Part shown: piece by piece, positions 22,671-35,442 of the stretch
Layout: each line of letters begins with the position of its first letter
Numbering within the stretch: the stretch's first letter is position 1
DNA from: the human T2T-CHM13v2.0 reference genome, Homo sapiens
Length of the DNA: 64,000 nucleotides
NCBI RefSeq assembly: GCF_009914755.1
Contig: NC_060947.1
Direction: 5' to 3' (one strand)
Made by a program: the position numbers and the translations under genes
The notes under the pieces: generated by a model
Database searches by the model: none
Told to the model about the DNA's origin: nothing
The model's input: the letters and a program-made list of their open reading frames with translations, nothing else

Positions 22671-25074
22671 GTATCCTTTCTTAAAACAAAAAGCAAGGGA
22701 AAAAAGGAGAAAGATTTTTTTAAAAAAACATTCTTTCATGGGCAGAGGGAGAGCATTAGGAAAAATAGCTGATGCATGCTGGGCTTAATACCTAGGTGAT
22801 GGGTTGATAGGTGCAGCAAACCACCATGGCACACGTTTACCTTTGTAACAAACCTGCACATCCTGCACATGTACCCTAGAACTAAAAAAAAATTAGAATA
22901 CAAAAAACCTCCCACATTCTTTCTTACATTGCTTTAGTGGGAAGAATTTCCTTATTAGGCTAATATAAAGGTTATAGATTTTATAAGATAATAAATAAGA
23001 TATTCGGAACTAGTACTTAAATAAGTTTGTAGATAGATTAGTGATTTTGAAATGTGATGTGGAAACAGCAAATTCACATAGGTGAGTAAGTATTTTTCTT
23101 CCAAATATTTTCCCAAGACAACTTTATAACTGGTTAAATAGTTTAATTTCACAAGCATTTAAGGGTCTCCTATGTTCCTGCAACTGTGCTAAGACATATG
23201 GGGCATGAAAATCAATTTTAGAAAAGAGTGGCAGTGCCTTTCTCTGGTAGAACTGTACATGTAAAACAGCTGAATGATAATTCATAGCAAACTATAAGTA
23301 AGTTAACATATGCAACACCAAGGCAATTTAAACTTTGGGAAAGATAGATGTAGGCTGGACTTAGTTCAAAGAAGGCTTTGTTGAGAAGATAAAAGTTAGG
23401 CTGCTTTTTTAAAGGCGGCGTAGGGTTTAAAGATCAGCAGAGAGAAGAGGTGGGAGTGGGGTATTCTGGTCAAGGGGGAAGGCAAGCTCTTTGCCTTTCT
23501 TCTCTGGCCTGTCTTTTCCTCCTACTTCCTGTCACAGTCACTCAAGACAAAATCACGGGAGTCACCTTTCACACTTCTCTCTTCCTCACTACCAATAATA
23601 AATCAATCGCCAGATTCACATCAAATTTCCCTCATAAATCTCTCTGCCCATTACTGTTCTCGTTCTGGGGCTCCAAAACCTGCACTCAGAACCTTTTTAG
23701 GTTCCTCTCATTCCATCTGTCCTTCCCACTATCTCTAGTATGAATTTACTAGGTCACTCATTTTTATTCCTCTGGTTACAATATTTCAACGGTTCCTTGT
23801 TACTTACAAGATATACATATAGGCACTCTTGTGAAGTGCCCCCAGCTTGTCTCACCTCATGCCACTGACCTCTTCTTGCCTTTCCCCAGTGCATTCCAGG
23901 TTCCAGATAACCCCAGTCAGTTATTGTACACACTCCCCAATTGTGCCACACCCTTTGCATTTCTACACTTTGTTCCTCCTAACTGGAATGACTTTCCCAT
24001 ATTTACAGGATGTGCTCTTTTTTTACCCTTTTACCCTAAATATCTCAGTCCAAGCATCAGAGCTTTCCTGAACATTTTCTGATCCTCAGAGTGTTTCTTG
24101 TGTGCTTGCTTAACACATACTGCTTAGTTTTACCTTGCCAAACCGTGAGCTCTTCAGATGTAGGAGCTGCACTTTCTCTTCTTTTCCAGTGTGCAGCATG
24201 TGGCAGTTGTTTATGGTTGGCTGAGGGAAGGCAGGCCTGTTGGGGCCTAGTGCAGTGGTCATCATCATCTGACGGGTAGTGTGGAAACTTCATCCAGCTA
24301 TGAGATGACGAGGGCCTAGGACGGGTGGCTTGTGGAAAGGAAAAGATATTAAACGTGTGAGAAAAAAACAGGATCCAGTGACTTAGATGGGTACAGGAGC
24401 CAAAAGTGAGGAAATCCTCTAAGATGAGTCCTACAAGCTTAGTTAAATGCCATTTGTTATTGCTAGTACTGCAAAAGGTAGGAAAGGAAGGTGTGCAGAC
24501 AAGTGAGGGAGCTAGGGTGGACAGTCTCTGTTACATTGACATTCTACTGGAGTCTAAGCTCCACGAGGAAAAGAACTTCACCTGTCTTATTCAGGTCAGG
24601 GCTTTGTACAGTGCCTAGTCAAAAATACAGTAGATGCTTAATAAACTTGTTAAGCCAAAGGGAGGGTAAGAGATAAAATTATTGATAATTGTAATAATAT
24701 AAATATTACATGGCAGGATATGGGTTGAGTGATCTTTCAGATTTCTTGGATGAGGGACTGTCTTTAAAACTATCGAGAGTGTCTAGTACATATTTGTTAA
24801 ATATATCATAGTTGACTAGCTGACAGTTGACTAATACCATAGTAAACAATGGGTTAACAATTAATTTGAGTCCTTAGTTTTGATAGAGTTTAATTATAGT
24901 ATTTTCCTAACAATTGACATTATAGCAGGATGTCTTACAATACTATTTGTTACCAGTATTTGTATATGTTTCATTTCTGTGTCTTTGATTCATTGTGTGA
25001 GTGGAGTGAATACTTAGTCATTGCATGCATTATCTTTAGAATTGCATTTGCATTTTCTTTGACAATTCTTGCAG
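22671..25074 (+). other. VBP1: U12-type (minor spliceosome) GT-AG intron, VBP1 intron 5
   Basis: 5'ss GTATCCTTT; branch sequence TTTCTTTGAC at 25054-25063 close to CAG 3'ss; splicing here restores the reading frame (A|AT = Asn175). Confidence 0.92.
22738..22913 (+). mobile_element. Short 5'-truncated L1PA 3' end
   Basis: GGGCTTAATACCTAGGTGATGGGTTGATAGGTGCAGCAAACCACCATGGCAC...; duplication ACATTCTTTC at 22728 and 22914. Confidence 0.85.
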
Positions 25075-25145
25075 ATATGGCCAGGGTTTATAATTGGGAT
25101 GTAAAAAGAAGAAACAAGGATGACTCTACCAAGAACAAAGCATAA
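25075..25145 (+). CDS. VBP1: VBP1 coding exon 6 (terminal)
   Basis: (N)MARVYNWDVKRRNKDDSTKNKA*; exons total 594 nt = 197 aa + stop. Confidence 0.97.
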
Positions 25146-25796
25146 TGCTGGCAATTAAAAATGTGGTTTAGTTTTCCAAACATGTTATCTTAAATACCCC
25201 TTTATCCTTACAGGTTGACATAACTTTGAATGTTTTAACAGCAAGAATTTTAAGAAAAGATAAACACCATTTTATTTATTTATAAAAACAAAATTAGTTT
25301 CAAATATTTTTGACATTGTGATTTTTTTTTCCACATTTCTCAGCAAAGCTAATGGTATTTTAATCATTATTTTTGCCTGTCATAAGAAAACTCTTAGCTG
25401 AAATGGCCGAAAACTGTGAGACATGCTATGGAAGCTGAATGCCGGACGCTAGCACAGTTTACTTTTTCCCTTTCTAATCGGCTGATGTTACTCTCACTTG
25501 ATGTGGTTAAACCATTTTAGAGGTAGAGAAGACAGACAGTTTGAATATTTGTAAACTTGTTTTTCTTTGGTATATTTAGGACTTAGTGGTCCTCTGTTGC
25601 TATTGTCTTCTATAAGTGGAGTTTCATGACTTACTGCTTAACGAATAACTAACTACTATGATATTCTGGACATTTTAGGAAATGGTAATTTGCCTTGCTA
25701 CACATTAAGAGGGCTATTAAGACTACATTTTTTCTAACCTCAGATAAGTGCAGTGTCTTTGCAATGCCAACATAAGGGAGATCTTGGCCAACGTGA

Positions 25797-25802
25797 AATA
25801 AA
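25797..25802 (+). terminator. Candidate proximal VBP1 poly(A) signal AATAAA
   Basis: Canonical hexamer in the 3'UTR; usage not demonstrable from sequence. Confidence 0.35.
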
Positions 25803-26096
25803 ATTACTCATTCAAAACTCTGCCTAAGGTGATTTTGTAGTTCTTAACAGTTCTCCAGAGCATCTTGAACAGGAATATTAAGATAAATGTGAATCTGCAA
25901 TGGCTGAAAAGAGTTGTGAGCTTTTTTATTCATGATAAAACCTTATAGGAATAGTATAAAAAATCCCTGTGGAAAGCTACTAGTACATTGACCAGCGCTG
26001 GGTGATACAGATTCTGATAAAAACATAAATGTATTAGTTCATCTCCATGTAGTAAAAAGTATACTTATACAATGTTTTGTACTTGTATTTCATGAA

Positions 26097-26102
26097 ATTA
26101 AA
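26097..26102 (+). terminator. Candidate distal VBP1 poly(A) signal ATTAAA
   Basis: ATTAAA with upstream TGTA motifs and a downstream T/GT-rich tract (26132-26165). Confidence 0.6.
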
Positions 26103-26149
26103 ACAGTGATGCTAAAACTATGGCAGAGCACTTTTTTCATGTTACTCTT

Positions 26150-26512
26150 TGTCTTACTATGTTTGGGCTGCTATAACAGAATACCACAGAGTGGGGGGCT
26201 TATAAACAGCAGAAATTTATCTCTCCCAGTTCTGGAGGCTGGGAAGTCCAAGATCAAGGTGCTGGCAGATTTGGTGTCTGGTAAGGGCTGTGTCCTGGTT
26301 CGTAAACGGCACCTTTTCACTGTGCCCTCATGTGGCAGAAGGGGCAAGGAGCTCCCTTGGGCCTCTTTAATTTGGCACTAATCTCATCATGAGGGCTCTG
26401 CCCTTATGACCTACTCACCTCCCAAAAGCCCCACCTCCTAATACCATCACCTTGGGGGTTAAGATTTTAACATAACAATTTTGGGGTGACACAAAGATTC
26501 AGACAATAACAC
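26150..26512 (-). mobile_element. MaLR solo LTR (MST/MLT1A-like)
   Basis: TGTCTT...GGGCTGCTATAACAGAATACCACAGA...GGGAAGTCCAAGATCAAGGTGCTGGCAG...ATTCAGACAATAACA. Confidence 0.8.
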
Positions 26513-29500
26513 CTTTTTAAAGTTAACATGGGTCTTTTCACGTATTTGTAAAGTTTACTTGTACATATACTAGCATGTTCCAAGAACAACTTATATTTCT
26601 AGAAACACCATAAAATCCCTGTGGAAGGAATACAGATCTGCAAACAATTGAGAAGTTCATTGAAAAGATAACAGAATTTCCTTGATTGAATTTTTCTTTC
26701 ATAATTTTAAATTCTCATATTTTAGAATTTGAGGTTTGTAAACATCTTGAGATATTGTATGTGCTCATTTTCCCCAAACTTTGTTATGGTAAGTATATAT
26801 TGGTATGAAATGTTCCTGTTAATGTTAGAACAGGAATGGTTTGCTCCGAAGATCTTCATTTTGTCTTTGAAAGTATAAATATGGATTTTTAGGTAATTAC
26901 AAGGACTATGAAGAAACAAAACTCTTTCGAGATATGAATTACAGGCCAAAAATTAAGGTAATTATTTAACATATTTAAAAACACCCATTATGGGTCAGGA
27001 ACTGTGTTAGGCTCTGTTAATTAAATAAAGATATTTAAATCTTACCTCTGCCAGATAATTTCTGTTAGAGTGGTTTACATTTTCAGAATAACATAACCAT
27101 CCTGATTTGACATATTTTGAAGTTTAATATTAGTATAGCGTACTAGGAGAGGATATGGGCAAAAGATTGACTACAGAACTTGATGCTGAGAAATGTGTTG
27201 GAAATGCAACTTAAATTGAACTGCTTTTCATTATAAAATGGATGTTCAGTTAAGAAAATTTAGAAAACAGGAAAAAAAGATGTTCTATTTGCAGTCCCCC
27301 TTGATATTTCTGTGTATTCTGTTTCTTTTTCTGTGCATAGGTTTTTTGAAAACATAGCTGAAATGATTTTGTCTTAATCCTACTTTCTTCACTTAGCATG
27401 AAATTTGTGGGTTGTTTTTAAAACTTTTTCTCTATTGTAAGTAGAGAACTGAGCAGTTTATGTTTACATAAGACTTTTTCTTATATTTAGGGTTTTTTCT
27501 GAGACTAGATTACCAGTGGAATTATGGAGTCAATGATCATAGTATATCATTACCTGGGGTTAACTGAAAGTATTGTTTAGTTAGATAGAACTTGTTTGAC
27601 ACAGAGGCTGTGAGGCTGATGAGTTTTCGAACAGGTATGTTGAGAATTGAGTGAAGCATCAACAGGCAAAAACTTAAGAAATTGTTTTTGTTCTCACCTT
27701 AAAAGCCCAGAATCATAGGTGTTTGTTTGCAGGTTTTACAATTTAAAACACACAAGCCAAATTGGTGTTTTCTTTTTTCCAGCTGTTATTAATGTAACAT
27801 TTTTCTAAATTCGTGTTTTTCCTGTACTTCAATTGTGCTTTCCATCATCCCCTGCTCCCCCTACCCATCCTCTTCAATATAAAGACACTGACATCTGTAG
27901 GGAGAAGCACCTTATTCAAGGCCATACAGCGGCTATGTGCACAGCCAGAATGACAGCCACATTTCCTTGCTTCTGGGAAAATTTACCCCTCTATACCATG
28001 ATACTTTGCTCCTTTACTTAGTAATAGCTAAGTTTGGGGAAAATGTTAAGGTCCATTTTTTAATGAGTGAACACTCTGCCTTTATATATTTGCTATTCAC
28101 AGCCTTAAACTTCAGTGATGTCTTTAAAGATCTTAAACCATTTTTTGAAGGTTTGCCTTCATTGGTTCTAATCCCATACTCTTGTGATAGTCATGGCTAT
28201 GACAATTTGGTGCCAATGTGGGATGGGGTTGCCTCTGAAGACACTCCAGAGTGCTAGGGCAGCGCCCGTCACAGCTGGTGTTGGGTTCAACTACACAAAC
28301 TCCCACAACATGGAAAGGCCTCCTCTGTTACCAGTTTGCTCTGAAGGACATTGGACAGGCAAGACAGCATGCCAGAGGGTGGCTTTAGGCAGAGTTCTAT
28401 GAGAATTATCTTGGCAGTCCCCACAGACTGCACAAAAGGACATAGGAGTCACCTTGGCTTTAGAAGCCATAAGGGACCACCCTCTTTTTAACAGTTCCCT
28501 GTGCATGTAGCATCCTTGGGTTCCGGCTAGGGACAAAGCCCAGGAACAAGTTGTACACTGCGCTCTTGGAGCCCAAGCTGTGACTCTTAGCAGGTATTTA
28601 CATTCATTTGCAGCTCTCCTAGCTTGGACACAGGATACTTCGCTGAGCGTTTTACCAGAAGCAGTCTCTCGTCACACAGCTGGTGGTCTCCCTTCGTCAG
28701 GTTTCCAGGGGAACCAAGCTAGAAAGCTATCCAACGTCAGTGCCAAATCTTAAAAGAGAAAGGGATTTGAAACACCTCACTCATAACCTGTTGAATCTTG
28801 CATAATCATGGCCCAGTTTTTGTCATTGGCCTGCTTCCCTTTTCAGTTCCTTTTGTAAGGCCTCTTAGCTAATAACTGCAGAAAATGTAGTAATATTGTC
28901 TTCAGTAAATTTTAAGGGTCAGATGGAAACATTTCTGTCTGGGTTAGGTGAAAGACAATCAGCCAGGAGGTCCAAGTAGTTAATCTCCAAAGTTCCTTAA
29001 TAAATGGATCTGAAAACGTTTTTCTCAACTCAAAACCAAGTGATGTTATAAATTTAGTGAACCTATGAAGTCATTGCAGAGTGCAAGCTTTTAAGGCTTG
29101 TAGCCCAAACTAGGCAATAACTAAAAGTTTCATTTTCACACTTTTTATTTTGAAATTTTGTAACTATGACCAGTGTCATCGTTAGGCCTGCTAATTAACC
29201 ATATTTCCTATATATTCATACTCTTTTCTGTACTCAGGGAGAACTGCTTGTATGACCAGTTGTGAGAAGGTACCAGTTTGAGATTGGAAGTGTCCAAGGC
29301 TGGAGAAATTGATTCACGTATTATGTGCACAGAGTTGCTTTTCTTGTTTGGTTAGGAGAAGATGGCCCAGGATCTCATCTGCACATGAAAATTCATATGG
29401 ATTATGCCCTAAAGTTCAACTAGAGAATATACTTGTGTTTGTGTTCCTCTCTTGTCTGATGTCAGATTTAGCTGTAGTCACGTCAAAAAGGATAGACCTG

Positions 29501-29769
29501 GTGTGCACAGTATTTTTGAGCAGTTTATAAAGGATCATGCCTCTTGATTATGGTTTTCAAATAATTTTATGTGTTAGTTGATTGTGTGACAACTCTATTT
29601 GCCTTCTGTGGATATTTGATATACAGGTAGGCAATGACCAAATAGGATTTTTTTTCCAGATTTTCCAAGTACACCCATCTTAGACTGAATCAGTTTATTT
29701 TCCCTAGATCAAAGCTGTGGATTCTAGAGTAAAAGTAAAAAATTTAAAGGTAAAAGGTCAGTGGATAAC

Positions 29770-30830
29770 AATCTCTTGCATTTGTCTATTTTTGCTTGTA
29801 TTACCTGTGCTTTTAGAGTCATATCCCAAAAAATCATTGCCCAGGTGAATGTTATCAAGCTTTTTCCCTATGTTTTCTTCCAGTAGTTTTTACAGGTTCA
29901 GACCCTATGATTAAGTCTAATCCATTTTGAGTTGATTATCATATATGGAATGAGATAGGGGTCCAATATCATTCTTCTGTATGTGAATATCCAGTTCCCC
30001 AAGCATCATTAATTGAAGAGCGTTTCCTTTCCCCATTTTGTGTTCTTGGCATCTTTATTGAAAATGAGTTAGCTGTAATGTGTAGATTTACTTCTGGGCT
30101 CTATTCTGTTCTATTGGTCTATGTGTCTGTTTTACACCAGTACCATGATGTTTTGATTACTGTAGCTTTGTAGTTGATTTTGAAATCAGAGAGTGTGATT
30201 TTATGAATTTTAGGATTGTTTTCTATTTCTGTGCAAAATGTCATTGGAATTTTGATAGGGATTGTATTGATTCTGTGGATTGCTTTGGGAAGTATGAACA
30301 GTTTGACAGTTTTAATTATTCAATCCATGCCCATGCCGTATCTATTCATTTACTTGTGTCTTCTTCAATTTCTTTCATTGGTATTTTACAGTTTTCAGTG
30401 TATAGACTTTTACTTTCTTGGTTCAGTTTATTTCCAAGTACTTTTTGGCTATTGTAAATGTGATTGTTTTCTTGATATCTTTTTCAGATAGTTCATTGTT
30501 AGCATATAGAAATAGTACTGATTTTTGTATGTTGACTTTGTATCCTGCAACTTTCCTGAACTTATTTATTAGTTCTAACAGTTTTTGGTGGGATCTTTAC
30601 AGTTTCAATATGTAAGATCATGTCATCTGTAAACAGAGACAGTTTAACTTCTTCCTTTCTGATTTGGATGCCTTTTATTTCTTTTACTTTACTAATTGCT
30701 TTATCTAGCACGTCTGCCACATTGTTTGTGTCTTCTCTGATTTCTTTCATCAGTGTTTTGTAGTTCTCCTTGTAGAGATCTTTCACTGCCTTGGTTAAAT
30801 GTATTCCTAGGTATTTAAATTCTAATTTCA
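29770..30830 (-). mobile_element. L1 ORF2-region fragment (L1M/L1MA), internally deleted
   Basis: Minus-strand translation gives L1 ORF2 motifs [22 protein letters not shown] and [14 protein letters not shown]. Confidence 0.85.
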
Positions 30831-30912
30831 TAAAAAATTAGATTTTTAACTAATTTTCAACTTTACTATAGCAACTGGTTGCAATACCAGAGTAAAATGG
30901 CAATGCTGGCTT

Positions 30913-30939
30913 TGTGTGTGTGTGTGTGTGTGTGTGTGT
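30913..30939. repeat. (TG)n microsatellite
   Basis: Direct reading. Confidence 0.95.
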
Positions 30940-31129
30940 CACACTCAGTGTGTCACACTGAGACACTGATACCAGTGATGCATTAAAAAGTATGGTGCAC
31001 AGACGTCACCACTATGCAATATATTTATGTAACAAACCTGCACATGTACCCTCTGAACCTTTAAAAAGAGAAAGAAAAAGTGGACTGTAGTTGCCTTTTT
31101 CTTCTCCACTTGGTCCTCAGCCACCAGAT

Positions 31130-31676
31130 CCCAAAGTGATTCTGGGAGAAATCCAGGTAATTAGCAACTATAGGGAAATCTGATTACTCATACTAATGAC
31201 CAAGGAAAGGGTCATTACCCTGGTTATCTGAGAGATGACCATGGTCTAGGACTTTCTCTTTTAACTTTTCTGGCTAGAGTTTGTGCAGGTCAGATGATAG
31301 GGGAAGAAGGTCCAGAGAAAATAAATTTTATCCTAGGGAAGGAGTGGACAAGTCCCAAAACAAAGATGACTCTGGAAGACAAAAGGCAAGCAGAGATGGG
31401 AATCTGGCCCTGAAAATAGAGGCAGGAAAGCTGGAAACTAAGGACTGATCCCCTTCCCTTCTTCTCTGGTCCCTACCACACCCTCCTCCTTATGTATCCA
31501 ATGGCCCATCTCTCTACGCCAGCCCCTAACCTCCACCTGTCCCATTTCTCCTTGGTGAAAAGTTAGTTACATCAGGAACTTTTGAAAGTAGATGGGGCCC
31601 AAATTGGTTCTGGGAGAAATCTAGTAACTGTAGGGAAAACGGATTACTGATACTAATGACCAAGGAAAGGATCATT
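31130..31676 (+). repeat. Dispersed direct repeat, ~80-87 bp, copies at 31130-31216 and 31598-31676
   Basis: Shared TTCTGGGAGAAATC...TAGGGAAA...GATTACT.ATACTAATGACCAAGGAAAGG.TCATT; 8-nt indel. Confidence 0.9.
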
Positions 31677-33721
31677 TAAAAAGCTGATAATAAGAATACA
31701 CCTTCAAAGAGTTTTTTTTAAAGGGGGAGGAATATGATCAGAGTACTGGGCAGCTCAAACTTTTCATGCATGACTACATATGTGATGAGACAAAATTATT
31801 TAGATTATTACTGAATAATGGCAAATAGATATCAGTATTTTAGTACTTAAAAGCGGCAGGATATACTGAAATACTGAATGCTTATGGCAATTATCAACCA
31901 TATTAAATATTATAAACATGATTTAATATGACTTTTATTAACCTGCCCCCTTCAGGGAAGTCTCCTTCCAACCCCAGAAAATATTTCTACAGAATTATAA
32001 TTAGTATATGTAAAGTACTTCAGAGCAACATACATGTTAGGAAATGTTTTCAAAACTTCAAATGAGATGGCAATTGGATATTTTGGAAAATCAAGCAATC
32101 TTTGGGTCTTCTATTAAAGTGTAAATATCTGTTGCGAGCTTTCATTCTGTTGTGGGTTCCAAAGTGTCAGGTCACCTGAGAATTTGTGGTAGAAGTTCAA
32201 GTTGCTGTTTTCTTAAGGTAATTTTTCTTTTTCTTTTCATATATGTATTTGCATTGGTAAAGACTACCATTTATGACAAAGATGAAACCTTCGTGAACAT
32301 GTATCTGATGAATAACATTACGTGAAAATGTATAAAGTGTTAGAAATGCAAGGAAAATGGACAGAAACATTAATAGGAGTCCTAATATATTAATTGCAGT
32401 CATTTACAGGTTAATTAGGCAAGACTGCTAGTAATGCTAATTTAATAAATGTTAGCACCTACAAACCCAATTCTCAAAACTCATTTACAAAAAGTGAGCA
32501 CATATTAAGCTAATGAAGAAAATGTCAAATTTCCAAAAGTGCAAATAGTCTGGGCCACATTTTCTGACCATAATGCAGGTAAAATCGGAATGAATAATGG
32601 TTTAAATGAGAAAAATATTTAACATTTCAAAATTAAGCACTATGTTAAAGAACTTCAGGTCAAAATTATAATTACAAAATTATTTAGAATTTGATGCAAT
32701 GAGAACACTAATAAGCTTAAGAACAGGGGATTCAGATTAAAATATAAGCCTTTGTTGCTAAACTCAAAAGAATAAAATACAAATCAAGTGACCAACAGTA
32801 ACTTTTGCTTCCTTCATCATTAAAAGTAAGGATAATCAGTCTCTTAGGATAATACTATGTGTCTTCTGTCTTAACTCTGTCAGTATTTATGTGACTCCTT
32901 CTAATAGCTTGGCATTCTTTCCTTTGGTGATCTTGTCTCCCCACTCCTTAGTCACTTATTCCCATGGTCACACCTGAGACCTTGTCATTACCAACCACTG
33001 CCGCTCCTTCCTAATTTCAGCCTCAAGCCATTCTGCTCCCTGACCACCACCTCCTACCTTTTCAGGTTTTCACTGCCCTGCACATCCTTACTTCTCTTCT
33101 TTTGTGTTTCATTCTTTGTACATGTTGTCAATGTTCTTGTCATCCAGCTTTGCTATACTGACTTGGCTGAGTCACTGTCTTGGTTCAGACCAACTCTGTC
33201 AATTCCCAGGCAGCTTAATGTAACCAAAGAAAGGTCACCACTGCAAGTCTCAAGAGGGCAGTGATGCTGTGCAGTGATCCATTCATTCCCCTTGCAAGAC
33301 AGTGTCATACCCTCTCTCCTGGTCTCAAACCCTGACACTCCCTCTCTGGTTGTTGCTCACAGCTGATGTTCCTGCTTTCTAGTTGGCCAAGAAGACTGAA
33401 GTAACGATAGGACTCTCCATGCACTCCACCCCACATCTACCCACCATCTGCCCATATTCATAAGCCTTTGCTTCATCCTCCTCATCTTGGCCCCCAGTCT
33501 TGCCCTAACCAAAGCATTGTAAACATTTCCAGGGCAATGTATGGTATATTTGTAACATTGCCTGGCTCAGCCTCCAGTTAGAGGAGTTCTGGCCTAGGCA
33601 GTGCACATGTTATTTCCTAAGTACCAATGACCTTTTCTGTTGAGTGCTCTGGCCACAAAATTATATTGATTTTAAGTGATACACCCCAAACCTATTTTTC
33701 CCTTAGGCCTTGTTACTGTTA

Positions 33722-34133
33722 GTATATTAATTTGCTAGAGCTGCTGTTACAAAGTATGATAAACAATAAACAGAAATATATCATCTCATATTTCTGGAGA
33801 ATTGAAGTCCAAAGTCAAGTGTTGGCAGAGCCATGCTCCCTCTGAAGGCTGTATGGAAAGATTTGTTCCAAGCCTCTCTCCTAGCTTCTAGTAGTTCTTG
33901 GCTTGTGGTAGCAGAACTCCAATTTTCACCTGGTGTTTTTCCTGTGCGCACATTTCCCCTTTTTATAAAGACACCAGTCATTGGATTGGGGCCCACCTTA
34001 CTCCAGTATGACCTCATCTTAACTAATTACATCTACAATTTGACCGCCACCCCCTCCCCCAATAGAATCACATTTACAGGTACTGAGGGCAAGGACGTTG
34101 ACATCTTTGGAGGACACAATTCAACTTACAACA
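33722..34133 (-). mobile_element. MaLR solo LTR (MLT1-like)
   Basis: TTTGCTAGAGCTGCTGTTACAAAGTA...ATAAAGACACCAGTCATTGGATT...GGACACAATTCAAC. Confidence 0.8.
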
Positions 34134-34439
34134 GCTGCTGTGCAATTTTGCAGAATTTTAAAGTTTTAGGAGCGCATGCATTGCATTATAGTACACAGCA
34201 GAACACTCTGTACTTTACTTCTCGTTTCCATTGATGAAGTGTCCCTGCAATCTTAAAGAGAAGAAAGGTTCTCCCCTGCAACTTGTCTCTCTCCTGAATC
34301 CTCAGTCTTTCTCCACTGAATCTTTCTTATCTTAAAAAACAAAAACAAAAACAAACAAACAAACAAACAAAACTCTCTTGGCCTGACATCCCCTCAAGCT
34401 GCCATCCTTACTTGTCTTCACAGAAAATTGCTTGGAAGT

Positions 34440-35397
34440 ATTCTGTACTCACTTTTCTTTTTTTCCCTCCTGTTCTCTTCTAACCAGGTTTTTCTATGCT
34501 ATACTCCACAGAAACTGCTCTTGTCAGGGTCTCCAGACATGCACATTGCGAGATCCAATGGCCAGTCTTCATCTTCATCTTATTAGACCTATCAGCAGCA
34601 TTTGACACAGTTGATTGCTCTCTCCTTTTAACTCTGCCTCCTTGGTTTCTAGTATATTTGCCTGGTTTTCCTCCCACCTCCCTGCCTGCTCCTTCTCAGT
34701 TTCATGTAGGAGTTCTATCTTCTATGACCTCTAAATTCTAGTGTTCCCTGAGGCTTACTCCTCAGACCTCTTTTCTGTGTATTTGAGGAACTCATCCAAT
34801 CTCATGTCAGTGATTGTCCTCCCTGCACGGATAATGCCCAGATTTTTATCTCCAGCTTGGACCTCTAAACCTCAGAATTTTACACTCTCATATCCTACTG
34901 CCTACTTGACATCTCCATATGTGAAACTTAATAGGCATCTCAAACTGAATGTGTTGAAAACTAAACTGATTCTTCCTCCTTCCTCTCCTCACCTCAAATC
35001 CCACCCATGCTCTTATACGTCATATTCAGTTCATCAGCAATTCCTGACTAAATTCATGGTTTATCCAAAATTTGACCACCTCTCATCACCTCTTCAGCTA
35101 CCATCTTGGTCCAAGTCACCAACATCTCTCATGTGGGTCACTGCAACAGCCTCCTGATTTGTCTCCCTGGTTCCACAGTCGCTCTCCTTCAGACCATTCT
35201 CTACAAGAAGCCAGAGGAATTCTGGTACAATGTAAGTCAGATCAAGTGTCTCTTGTGCTTAAAACTTTTCAGTGACTTCTATCTGATTCAGAGCAAAGCC
35301 AGAGTCCTTACAATGATGTACAAGCCCTACCTGATCTGGGTCCCACACCCCCTCTCTAAATTAATCTATGTGAGTCAGCCCCTGCCCCCCCCCACCC

Positions 35398-35442
<45 letters not shown>

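Noticed and set aside
25960-26626. 15-mer AAAATCCCTGTGGAA at 25960 and 26612
   Set aside because: A few exact 15-mer pairs are expected by chance in 64 kb, and the flanks do not extend
30944-30962. Small hairpin CTCAGTGT-GTC-ACACTGAG
   Set aside because: Adjacent to a (TG)n tract and explained by microsatellite-edge slippage
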